Shown: piece after piece, positions 35,635-46,450 of the stretch
Layout: each line of letters opens with the position of its first letter
Position numbering within the stretch: the first letter of the stretch is position 1
DNA from: Epithemia pelagica
Lineage: Eukaryota; Protista; Bacillariophyta
DNA length: 64,000 bases
Direction: 5' to 3'
Assembly: GCA_946965045.2 (NCBI GenBank)
Contig: OX337232.1
Span: forward strand, 3,100,001 to 3,164,000
Made by a program: the position numbers and the translations under genes
Notes under the pieces: model-generated
What the model was told of the DNA's origin: nothing
The model's database searches: none
The model's input: only the letters and a program-made list of their open reading frames with translations

Positions 35635-37523
35635 AAGGAGTACAAAACTATCTATTATTTACGCAATTGCTATACGAACAACGAAAGAAAGAACAGAACC
35701 CATCAGAAACAATAAGAAACCAGAGGAAGGAGCTTGCTGCTTGTGAGCCCAAGCTGACCGCCTTTGGATCAAGTCACAGCCAGGTGTTATCTGAATGGAG
35801 AAGAAGCGGTGCTGTGCACTTTTATACTATTTGTGTGTGTGAAGAATTTCATGTCTTGTGTATCTTTTACCAGATACCTCATAATTGATTAATGACGACT
35901 TTAACAAGGACTTGGCAGAACTGTGGGGTAGTGTATTGTAGATGTCGGGATGTTGGTACCCAGAACGCATCTGCTGGTATTCTATATTGGCGTCGTAGAT
36001 TTCTTGTCTGCTCTCGAACAAGTCAAACATTTATGATCTTTAGATTCTGCAGTGCACAAGGATGAGCCGAATCTCGTCAAACACTTGATTGTGATTGGCT
36101 TCTAATTCTAGTTGGACGAGGTTTACTAGAAGATATAATTGTAATTGGTAATACCAGATATCAATGACAATGCAGAGATGAACGCGGATCGAACAAAGAA
36201 AGCGTTGTATGATATTGGCGAGGTTGGATCCAGTACGCGTCTCGGGTTGCTACAAGTTGTGTTCTTCGTACCGCTGTTGTGGACGGTATCCACTGCGACT
36301 TGAAGAACAGAAATATTGGGCATGCAACGGCGACACACAAAATGTGCGTTTGGTCCTAACGAGTGCGAGGCGGGATGACAGGTGATGGTAAGGTGATCTT
36401 TTAGTGCGATTCCTTCTTTTTCCCATGAACGTCGAATCATCCTGCCCGCTGGTGCTGACAAACAAGGCTTCGAAAATAATTTTGCATGGCTTCGACTGCA
36501 TGCATGTTGCTCGAGACCAGGTGCATGGTACTCGAACAGCAAGCATGCAGTCGAGGTCATTCAGAAATAGTGAGTCAGTATTGGAACAAAAGGAACTTGA
36601 GGGTCATGTTGCCAGCAGCCACAAAAATAAACGCATTCATGTCGTCTTTTGTGGGCGCAAAAAGTAGTGGAGGACGGTAGACATCAATGGTATTGTCCTC
36701 TGGTCATGTTCAAACGATATCTATCTTAGAGCGCACCTCATGAAAAAGATGAGAGCAGGAGGAGGAGGCGAACCACACTGAAACGGCATGGAACCATTCG
36801 GCGTGGTCTCGTGTTGTCCTCATGGTGAGACCCTCCTTCAGAGGAAGAAAACGAGGTGTGCGTAGGAAAGATTGGATTGTGGGCTTTCTTTTCGATACAA
36901 ACTAGCTTTTCTTCTCATGTTCTGGACTCATTGGTTCTTCCCAAACAATAACCTCTCTGTTCTCTAGGTGTGCGTAGAAGGTGAACGTGTAGAGTCATTT
37001 CCCTCCTGTGCCATGCCATGGGTAAAGCTGCTCACAATCACTCATTTTCGTTGGTGGAATAATGCGCATTGCGGTGATCCCGCCACCAATATCCTTCTCA
37101 TTGGTCTGAAAGACAGCAGAAGCATACAGAGTCATTTCCCTCCTAGACCATGGATGCAGTTGCACAAGGACTCCCATGGTTTCGGGATGCGCGTTCTGAA
37201 CAATGTGCTGATCCCGCGGGACCTCCGTCCCGAATAGCCCGAACTCTGATGCATTTGAGGTATTACAACCTATCCTTCCAGTATTTTGTGCATGGTTCTT
37301 GTTCATTTCATTTGCTCTCGTAACATCAGTTTAACGGTAATTTGAGCATCGATTGCCTCTCGGCGAGCGGTTTCGGCAAAAAAATCGACGGACATTCGCT
37401 GCATCCACTCAACCAACGCGTAAGAACGTGGCCAACCAGACGACCACACACCACACACCCTATTGTTGTTGATATTGTTGTTGCTGCTGTTTCTGTGCAC
37501 AATCTGATGCACAATCTGATAAG

Positions 37524-39065
37524 ATGGAATTGATAAATACCTTCCAAGATTCTGAAGGAAGTGTTGCACCTGTCGGAGCTACCTATCGAAGTGACGGAAT
37601 CGATCTTAATAGGGCTCATCTCACGCGGCAAAATGCAGTTTCTAGCATCATACGATTGACACGGAGTAACCAATATCTGGTTCTAGGTTCTCCTCCTGCG
37701 ATGGGAAAGACGTCTTTGCTTCAGCTCGTCAAGAAAGAGTTGCGGGGACAAGCTAATGGGATAAAGGTGTTACACCGGGTCTTAAATGTTATCACTAAAG
37801 TGGCGGATGTCATAAAGCGAATGGAGGAACTCGGCGTCACGGAGGGAGACGACAGCAGCGGCAGCGACGGTGAACAAGAAAGCAAAAGCCGAAAATATGA
37901 AGAGGTATGGTTTCTTTTAGATGATGCTCAGAATTGGTATGGACAGGAGTATTGGGGGTTTTGGCAGTTACTTGTGAAAGCCTTGCCGGTGACTTGCAAG
38001 ACAACGTTTTACGTTGTTATCGCTGCAACTTATGATCTATCCACCCATACAAGTCCTGTTCAATTTTCGGTTTTGCCGCATTTTCCGCATACGCCCATCG
38101 AAGAAGATGAGCTCAATCAGCTCTATCGGATGCATATTACAGATCCTGCAATGCATAATTGGGAAATGTTCGTGGGTAACATCAAAATGCTAAGTAAGCT
38201 CTCGGGGGCAGAGAACTCATATCATATCGGCACGGTTATGCAAGCAATACGTCTCTTACAGGACTGGATGAAGGAGACGGGTGTCGACAACAAAGACGAA
38301 GCTGCTGCGGTAACCAAGCTTCGATCGTCTGATTACACTCAGTTGCTGAAGAGATGTTATGAGCTCCCAGAGAATCTTCCAGAAACCGGTCGCCTTCGTA
38401 TTGTGGATGCCATCCTGACGCCAGATAGAAACTCAACGGGGCGTGGAGTAGTCGATAACGCGTTGGTTCCGTATACCCGAGCCGGAATCCTTGGACGGGA
38501 TGGGAATTTCAGTTGCCAAGCTGCATTTTGGTTCTACAACTTCAGATGTTTTCCTTTACGAGCATTGACTGTACCAAACAGCCTTGATGACTTGATCACT
38601 AAGTCCGTTCAGATGCTGTCAGCTTCCCGTTTGCGCAACAGTCTTCAGGACGATTTTCCAAAGGAGGCAGCTTTTCAACATTTTTTCAACGAAACAATGT
38701 CAATGAACTTAACAAACTCAAACTATCTCATTCCGGAGCTTAATACGGTTGCTACCGGAGAGAACGGAGAAGAAATCAGTGGAGAACTTGACTTCTTTGT
38801 CAATGGGGAATTGCAGTGGTGTGTAGAACTCTTACGGAATGGTGACAAAATCGGCGAGCACTTGGCGCGGTTCAAACCTGGCACTGGCAAGTATAGAAAT
38901 GTACAGGCGAAGGAGTATATAGTTGTGGATTGCCGCCCTCCAAAGCGGGGAAGAGGAGCCCAAATTGCGACGGACCGATGCAATCTATACTTTGAAGAGA
39001 ACTTTACAAAATGCCGTGTACAAATGCGCACCAATCCTGAGATAATCATTTCCCTTCAATCATGA
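37524..39065 (+). CDS. Crinkler/RHS-type (CR) effector-like protein: P-loop NTPase + C-terminal PD-(D/E)xK nuclease-like domain
   Basis: Walker A-like GSPPAMGKTS, Walker B WFLLDDAQ; C-terminal KEAAFQH...IPEL...GELDFFVNGELQWCVELLRNGDKIGEHLARF..GKY. No internal intron evident. Confidence 0.72.
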   Translation: MELINTFQDSEGSVAPVGATYRSDGIDLNRAHLTRQNAVSSIIRLTRSNQYLVLGSPPAMGKTSLLQLVKKELRGQANGIKVLHRVLNVITKVADVIKRMEELGVTEGDDSSGSDGEQESKSRKYEEVWFLLDDAQNWYGQEYWGFWQLLVKALPVTCKTTFYVVIAATYDLSTHTSPVQFSVLPHFPHTPIEEDELNQLYRMHITDPAMHNWEMFVGNIKMLSKLSGAENSYHIGTVMQAIRLLQDWMKETGVDNKDEAAAVTKLRSSDYTQLLKRCYELPENLPETGRLRIVDAILTPDRNSTGRGVVDNALVPYTRAGILGRDGNFSCQAAFWFYNFRCFPLRALTVPNSLDDLITKSVQMLSASRLRNSLQDDFPKEAAFQHFFNETMSMNLTNSNYLIPELNTVATGENGEEISGELDFFVNGELQWCVELLRNGDKIGEHLARFKPGTGKYRNVQAKEYIVVDCRPPKRGRGAQIATDRCNLYFEENFTKCRVQMRTNPEIIISLQS

Positions 39066-39421
39066 CTAATCGAACTATGCCAGCCAAGTACGACGACATC
39101 AAAAACGTCAAAGAGTCCCTCCAAGAAGCCCAACGCATGAAAACAGTTCATGCGGCACTGTTGCTAGCTACGAGCTCCGCGGCACTGAAAATGTCGTCTC
39201 GGTAGCCCGTGCTTCGCGCTTTTGATTCTCGATGAGACTCCCGGCCCAACGATATTATCCACATGCCGACTCACTCGTGAGCTTGTGTTGGCCGAAATCA
39301 ACAAGATGCTCACCACCACCATGGGGAGGGGGCACTAGCATAACAACCAACCCGCCTCCTCTATGCATATGAACAGGTACTAATAGAGAGTGTCTAGTTA
39401 GCTTATGTGTCGTAGGCTATC

Positions 39422-39490
39422 GTTCATCCATCCTCGCTCATCTATCCTTGTTCATCCGTCCTCGCTCATCCATCCTTGTTCATCCTCGTT
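39422..39490. repeat. 28-bp minisatellite, ~2.3 copies
   Basis: gttcatccatcctcgctcatctatcctt / gttcatccgtcctcgctcatccatcctt / gttcatcc. Confidence 0.75.
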
Positions 39491-40014
39491 CTCCATCCCC
39501 CATGTCTAGCAAGAGCGTCAAAGTTCGAAAAGGCGCTCTTGTTAGCGTTGCACCCAGCGAGAAGGGATCCAACGGGGGCTTATTGAGTAAGGTGTTGTTG
39601 CGGAATCAGATTGTTGTCGTTGTCAAAAGAGGAAGTTGATTGTCGCGTTTGTCGACCTAATAGACGATTCGTCACGCGTCAGTCGTCAATGACTGATGGG
39701 TACAACCATACAAAGGTGATGCCCTCTTGAAAAAATTGTGTGCGTGATGATAGAGAGCAAAAGAAAAGCTCGGCATGAGCGTGCTGCATGCTTGCTAAGA
39801 TGTCAATAAATATCTATGTCCTTCACGCGCGGGTCAATGCCCATGCGCTGTCAAAGACACTTGTGATAAGCGTAAATCGATGTCCAAATTGCTTGTATCC
39901 AAAAAGAAAGAAACTCACCGATTTGGAAAAATTATTTGAAAGAAACTCACGTTTTTGCCCACGATAATATATTAGCAGCAATTCCCTCAAGCATGAAGGG
40001 AGCTAATTCCCAGC

Positions 40015-40087
40015 GGGGGTCTAGCTCAGTTGGTAGAGCGTGTGCTTAGCATGCACAAGGTCTTGGGTTCGATTCCCAAGTCCTCCA
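40015..40087 (+). tRNA. tRNA-Ala (anticodon AGC)
   Basis: GGGGGTC-TAGCTCAGTTGGTAGAGC-GTGTGCTT[AGC]ATGCACA-AGGTC-TTGGGTTCGATTCCCAA-GTCCTCCA. G3:U70 Ala identity pair, A and B boxes, T5 terminator at 40089-40093; one U:U mismatch in the acceptor stem. Confidence 0.95.
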
Positions 40088-40320
40088 CTTTTTCGATCGG
40101 CGTTAGGCTCCAGCACACAGCACGCCGCTCAATTTTTTACTTTTTACATGTCCCTGTGTCGTCCTTCGGTGGTGTTGTCTCCTGAACTGAGGAGCTACTG
40201 CTACTTTCTCGTGAGCATACTCTCTCGTGAACATATGGACTTTAGTGCAGTGGATGGGCAAGTTGAGAAAGTACGACCATTTAACGTCCCACTAATCATT
40301 ACACAACATACGTGTCAAAC

Positions 40321-41755
40321 TTAGTCGACCACTTGAAATTCTCCCAGCCACTTTCGAACCAATTCATACGTCAGAAACATGAGGGCCGAGTTTGGGACGA
40401 CCTTGAGTAGGTGGACGCCCATACCGGAATACAATTTTTGTCGGCCTTCTTCTCTGGCAATGGTGAAAATGGTTTGCCACATGCCCTTGTATCGAAAGAC
40501 ACCCAGTTTGGCTTGTTCCCTCAACCGCGTCCGGGCCACTTCATGGGGATAGGTTGCGATACTGGCCACCATTTTGGAGGCCGCGGCAGAGAGGAAGAGA
40601 CTCAACTCGGACAAGTGGTCCGTGGGTGGCAGTCCCTGGAGTTCTCGTTGTCGATTGTGTCGAATCAAGAGACGCTTTTTCCATTGTTCGTACATGAGGA
40701 ATTGGACCGCACCTTCGGTGCATCCCCAATAACTGGCTGCGACTCCCTTGTAAAAGCCGGCCAAACCCTCTTCGCGAAAAATAGTACGAATCGCATCCAA
40801 GTAGCCTGTATACATGATTTGTCCGGCGGCCGAATCGGCCAAGAGTTGCATCCGAGTTCGAACCATCCAAATGGGATTGGTAATGGTATTGCCGATAATA
40901 CCGGCAATAAAGCCCGAGAACAAGGCATTGGGCGGTGAGCCTTCTTCGACGTACGGGGCCAATGCCTTTTTACTGCGTTGGTAGGCATAAAAATAGGCGG
41001 ATCGGGAGGGTATAATGCCCACCAAGGTGGCAGGAAGACCTCGCCAAAAGCCAGGAATGCCATCCATGTGGATAATTTCCTTGGCCACTGCCATGACACG
41101 GTTGTTACTGCGACCATCTCCGAGAATTTGATTTGACGATTGCAACTGTGTCTTGATGACTTCCAATGGATTGGTAATAGTCGATGCAATCGATCCGGCC
41201 AAACCGCCCGACAAAATGCTATGGTTCGACAAGACGAAAAGTAATTTTCAAAACAGAATAAAAACAACAAGACAAATAGATGGAACACGATTTTCTGAGC
41301 CAAAACAAGAGAACGTGATGGCAAAACATTCATGATACATACTTGAAGGCTTCCATTTGACGTGCCGTCATGGTTTTCTTCTCGGCCGATCGAGCACCCC
41401 CTCTGCCAAGTGAGTAGTGCAAGGCAGAGGATGAAGTTGGTCCATCCACTGTTGTTGCCGTATCTGTCATTGGTATGGAAGATATTCTTCCCACAAAGAG
41501 GACTTGTCGTTTATGTTTCTGTGGATTGGTGGACACGGTCGACGACGACGACGCCGTGGTGGGCCACCGTCGTCTGTGCCACTCCTGGCTCCACAGTGTC
41601 AATTGATGATCGACACGTTGACCCACTGCGACCGCCACTTGACTGGCCAAGGTGGCCCTGCTGGTCGTTGCTGCTGCTGTGGTCGTTGTCGTTGTGGACA
41701 GTCCAGTCGAGGCTCCCGCCACCACGCCAACTCCTCGGGACGACAGGACGTCCAT
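40321..41755 (-). CDS. Mitochondrial carrier, SLC25A33/36 (Rim2-like pyrimidine nucleotide carrier), 2 exons
   Basis: Three carrier repeats PLEVIKTQLQ, PIWMVRTRMQ, PHEVARTRLR; GIIPSRSAYF. Intron 41342-41219 joins MEAF-N-ILSGGLAG. Start uncertain (ATG 41755 or later). Confidence 0.88.
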
Positions 41756-42582
41756 CCGCAGATCGAATAGGACCAGGATGATCCAAGAGACAAACCATTG
41801 GGCTGGCACCAATCGCTCCTGCCGGTGATTTCGCATCGACATGATCCACTCGTTGCGTTCTGTTTGATATTTTGTCTTACAGAGCCCTTTGAAGTTGACA
41901 CTGGCTGGTGCTGTGTCTTTCTTGGCGTGATGGATGGAGAACAGCCGGTCTCTTTTGGTCCATGTGATGATGGATGGATGGAGCCAACGAGATTCCCAAA
42001 GAGATTCTTGTGAGTGGCTCTGGAAACTCGGAACTGCTTTCCGGAATCCGGACATACACACGGACATTTCTCGATTCTCAATGGAGATTTTTTCGTTCGC
42101 CAACGGTCCACAGTCCACACGCGACTGCCATGTCCCATGCAGGACGTTGCCATTGCCGTTACACGGGGCTATACTGGAAAAACGGCTGGAGTTTCGATAC
42201 AAGACGTACACGGAAGCATAACTGTCTCGACGGCCACGCCTCGCACACGCAAACCCTCTATGTGGTCGGACCGTCCGTGGTACGTGGTCGGAGCTGGCAA
42301 GTCGTCTCGCACTGGTCTTATTGGGCGAGACGCAAGAGGGTCATTTCACACGCCTGGCCAGCAGCTAAAAACTTCGCTTATGGAGAAGCGGTCGAGGATG
42401 CAGCCCTCATTTTTCCCGCCAAACAGCGAATCCAAAAAAGGTGATGTGCACAATTTTGAATTTGAGTGCCACCCACATCAACCGTCACAACATTCAGTGT
42501 TTGTCCTCGCTGTCTCGGCTTTCTGGCAAGATTCACAAAAAAAGCATTCGACGACCACCATCCATCCTCCATTATCATCACC

Positions 42583-43564
42583 ATGAGCTCTACGAAAACC
42601 TTTTACTATTATCCCACTACTGTGGAGTTGAATGAAATGATCAATGGCATTCTCCAAAAGAATGTAAGTTTCCAGAGGAAGACAACCAATGCTAGTGGTT
42701 GGTGTCACCGGATCGTTTCATGTGTCTTCTCACACAACTTGCATTGTCGCTTGCATCATTGTTCTAATCTTTCTTGGTTTGTCACAGAACACTTTGGATG
42801 TCAAGGGTGTCGAGGCCCGTATTAACAAGAAGAAGCCCAACTGGCTCGTTCCCGAACGTCGTTTGATCAAGTTTGTCAAGCGTCAAAAAGCAGGTCTTGG
42901 CATCAAGGAAGAAGATGACAAGTCTGTCTACTCGATGCGCTCCGTGTCGAGCCGCCGCACGGTGGACACCACCACGACCAGTTCCAGCAGTGTCGCTCGC
43001 AGTAAAAAGAATGTCTTGGCCAGCAAGGCCACCAAACCTCAAACTCGTGCCGCTCCTCCGGCCAAGTCAGCGACGACGGCGGCCAAAAAGACAACGGGTG
43101 GTGCCATTGTTGTCAACAGCAGCAATGCCAAGAAACCCTTGACCAGCAGCACTCGCAGTAGTACGGCTGCCACTCCCAAAAAGACCACCACTACCCCTGC
43201 CGCTCGGGGTCGCAGTGCCAGTGTCGCTCGTAGTACCCGCAGCACTACTTCCACGAGCAGCAGTGCCAGCAACCGTTCGCGCAGTGTCACTGCTCCTCGT
43301 CGTGCCAGTACCACAACGACTACCAAGACGACCACGACACCAGTCTTGAAGAAGAAGAGCTTGTTGGGCAAATCCTCGGCCGAACAAGACATGTCACAAA
43401 GCATTGTGAATCAATATGCCTTGTATCGGGATGATAATGATGGCAAGAAGGACATCTGCGGTGGTGGATGCATTTCGCACCCCATCAATTTCAAAATTCC
43501 CGTCTTTAAGCTCCCAGCCATTCCGGTTCCCAGAATCAAGTTTGAATTGGTCCATCCGGAATAA
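42583..43564 (+). CDS. Uncharacterised protein, paralog C of the 'ERR-x-x-KFVKR' family, with long basic S/T/R/K linker
   Basis: Exon 1 42583-42663 (FYYYPTTVELNEMINGILQKN); intron 42664-42787 (GTAAGT..CAG, phase 0); NTLDVKGVEARINKKKPNWLVPERRLIKFVKRQ ... ALYRDDND..DICGGGC. Confidence 0.75.
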
Positions 43565-44066
43565 ATAATGAATCATTGAAACACCAATGGTTGGTTGGCG
43601 CTCTTGGAGGAACGTTGGTGGATTGTCAGGATGAACAACAATGGCAATAGCAACGACGACAAGAGTGACGATATTCCAATAAGAGAGAGAGACCACCACG
43701 CACTGCGTTGAGTGATGAGCCTTGGGGATAACGATTGAATTCCTAGAGAGACTGTGTGAAAGTGTGTATAGTTGAGAGGGACAATTGATGACGATAATGA
43801 ACGAAATAATAAGAATGACATGTTTTGTATTAGTGACATTCCAAAGGTGTAGTATTCTGGTTTTCACGTCCATCAAAAGGTCAGGGGGAATGAAAGAATT
43901 GTTGTTTGTATACTACTTGTACCATCATCTTTCTCCGATATACCCTCTGTCTTTTCCAACTTCCAACCTTTGCCGAGAGAAAACAATCAGAGCGCATGCA
44001 CGCAAGGCTATCCATCTCGAGATAAAACTTTCTGCAACTGACTCTGCTGTACTGTGACTCCCTGTT

Positions 44067-45419
44067 TTACAGTTCCCACATTTCAAAGTCATTCTCCTCC
44101 GATGGCGGTGGATCCGATTTGTGGTCCGCCGATTGTCCAGAGGATGGTTGGTTCTTTTGGTGGTCCACTTTGGTCCATCGTTGTACCGGTGACAATTGGT
44201 CCTGGACATTTGGATAGGGAGCAATGCGGACATAGCCATGTCTTCCATGAACCCAGACAATGAGATTGGTACGCTCGCCTTGTGTAATGGGAAGGGCGGC
44301 ATGTCGTGTCATGCCGCGATGCAAAACAGCCATGCCAGGTTGAAAGGTGATATTGTGCAAGGTCCGTTGGGTTGCACCACCATGCTTGTTGTTGTCGTCG
44401 TTTTCTTGGACAAAATACAAGCCCGATCCTTGATAAGAAGACGATCCGTCAGTCTCGTTGTTGTTTGACAACGAGGATGATGGCGGCATATTGAGATTGA
44501 CATTGAGGGTATAAAGGGATGCATCGGAATGTTCGGAAAGGGCAACATCTTCTCCAGGCTTGTATCGTACGGTAAAGGCATAACTTTCGACGTCATCTTC
44601 TTGATCTTTGCCAACATAATCGGCAAACAAGAGTCGTCCCAAGGGTCGTATATAGTCGTCGACCAAGTAGTGATAAAAGCGAGTAAATTCCGTCATATTC
44701 ACAGCGCCATCGACCGATGGTTCGACAATGTATCCATAGCGATTCATGCCATTGGGACGACGAGTGGGAATTCCCGATTGGTCCATGGAATGCAAGTAAC
44801 GATGAAGGTCGTGGAGTTTGTGTGGATTCAAAAAGGGACAGGCATAGACACCGGGTGCAACGGGTTTCCACAAGTCACGCAATCGTGCTTCATCCTCTTG
44901 AAGGAGGGTCTGATCCTGTTGGTCGTTAATGTTGTTGTTGTGGCTGTTGTGACGACGATTGTGCCAGGCCGATTCGACCGCGACTCGTAACCGAGGATCG
45001 ATATGATCCCGTGACAAACGTGGCAACAACGAGTTTTCGACAGTAGTATCCCATTCATGCCATGCACGTTGAATTGTATACGAATGAGTCTGCCAAAACT
45101 CGGCATCTTCGTCTTCTCCATAGAGCGTGGAATTGGGTACTGGAGCCGTCAAGGACCGAGCTCGTTCGAGGGCCGTCGTCGTCCTGGAAGCTTCGTCTGG
45201 GCCGTCGTTTGTGTCGTGGTGGCTCCGAGAAGAATGATCTGGAGAATCATTCGGAACTACCATGGCTGCAGCAGCGGCTGTCGTGGACCTTGTCGTGGAA
45301 AACCAACCAAAACGAGAGGAAGAATCGTAAAAGACTGGCACGAAAACGAAAATGGACAGCAACACTGGAGAAGTAGACGCACCCACCATGGAAGTAGAAG
45401 AACGAAGGCTTCGTAGCAT
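44067..45419 (-). CDS. 2-oxoglutarate/Fe(II)-dependent dioxygenase (OGFOD2/PLOD-like)
   Basis: RRPNGMNRYG, YAFTVRYKPGED..SEHSDASLYTLNVNL (HxD), HRGMTRHAALPITQGERTNLIVW (distal His, RxN). Start taken at ATG 45419. Confidence 0.85.
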   Translation of the reverse strand: MLRSLRSSTSMVGASTSPVLLSIFVFVPVFYDSSSRFGWFSTTRSTTAAAAAMVVPNDSPDHSSRSHHDTNDGPDEASRTTTALERARSLTAPVPNSTLYGEDEDAEFWQTHSYTIQRAWHEWDTTVENSLLPRLSRDHIDPRLRVAVESAWHNRRHNSHNNNINDQQDQTLLQEDEARLRDLWKPVAPGVYACPFLNPHKLHDLHRYLHSMDQSGIPTRRPNGMNRYGYIVEPSVDGAVNMTEFTRFYHYLVDDYIRPLGRLLFADYVGKDQEDDVESYAFTVRYKPGEDVALSEHSDASLYTLNVNLNMPPSSSLSNNNETDGSSSYQGSGLYFVQENDDNNKHGGATQRTLHNITFQPGMAVLHRGMTRHAALPITQGERTNLIVWVHGRHGYVRIAPYPNVQDQLSPVQRWTKVDHQKNQPSSGQSADHKSDPPPSEENDFEMWEL

Positions 45420-45580
45420 AAGAGAAGGCTTTGTTGTTGTTCTTGATGAAAAGCTCTGCGCGAAAAAAAAGATTTTGGCCTCCTTCGCGTTTTGATCGCA
45501 TCGTCGGAGATACCATCGACTCGGAACCAGACCCCCACCAGTCGCGTCCCAACAGCGACACGTGTAGGTGGTGAAGGGCG

Positions 45581-45646
45581 GACAGACAGACAGACAGACA
45601 GACAGACTGACAGACTGACTGACTGACTGACTGACTGACTGACTGG
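45581..45646. repeat. Compound microsatellite (GACA)n(GACT)n upstream of the 2OG oxygenase
   Basis: gacagacagacagaca...gactgactgactgact. Confidence 0.9.
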
Positions 45647-46450
45647 CAATGTTGTTGGAATCAAGTTTTCGACTTGCGACTTGCGACTCCTCAAAGGAAA
45701 TGACCATGGTCTCACTTTTGTTGTGGTTCTGACATTCCCTATTCCCATTCCCCAGCCTTCCCCACTGGACAAGAATTAATCGGCGGTAACCTGTCATGTA
45801 GCATCCTGCCTCTTCCGGACTGCATTCGCCATCCACTATTATTAGTTTGGTGGACGGACGTATCGGCAACCAATGAGGTTCAGTGGATCACAAGCCTCGC
45901 GTCGGCCTACAATACACGGATTGGGTGCTCCGTGCAATTCTGGACGTAGGTGCCAATGAGGGTGTATGTATTACACGGTTCAAACCAGCAAGTCGCAAGA
46001 GTCCACGGAGTAGTGGTAGCAGTGGTAGAGCATCTCCCTGAAACAATCCACATCTCCTGCCAACAAAGACGAGAAGGAGGAGAAAGTAAGTCGACGTGGA
46101 CATTTTTCTTCCATAAAGCAGTACTGGCAAGTGTTTTGGTGCTCCTTGTGACCTGTGGCGAGGGACAAACGGCGGTGCACGCACTCCATGGCAAGACTCT
46201 GGTTTTCCACGGAACCAAGAGCATGACATGTGCAGGCAACGGTGATCATGGATGAAAGAGTACCTCCACCATAGTTTTGGTCGGTTCGATCCATGCGCAT
46301 AAGAATCAAAGCAGGCAATGGAAAATCTAAGAATACTTCACGTAGTGGAGGCTCTCTATGAGCTCCTATCTTTCGAGCAAAAGCGACTATGGAAATAAAA
46401 CAGGTACTATTCTCATAGATATTGAGCGAGAATGTGTGCTCATGTAAATT

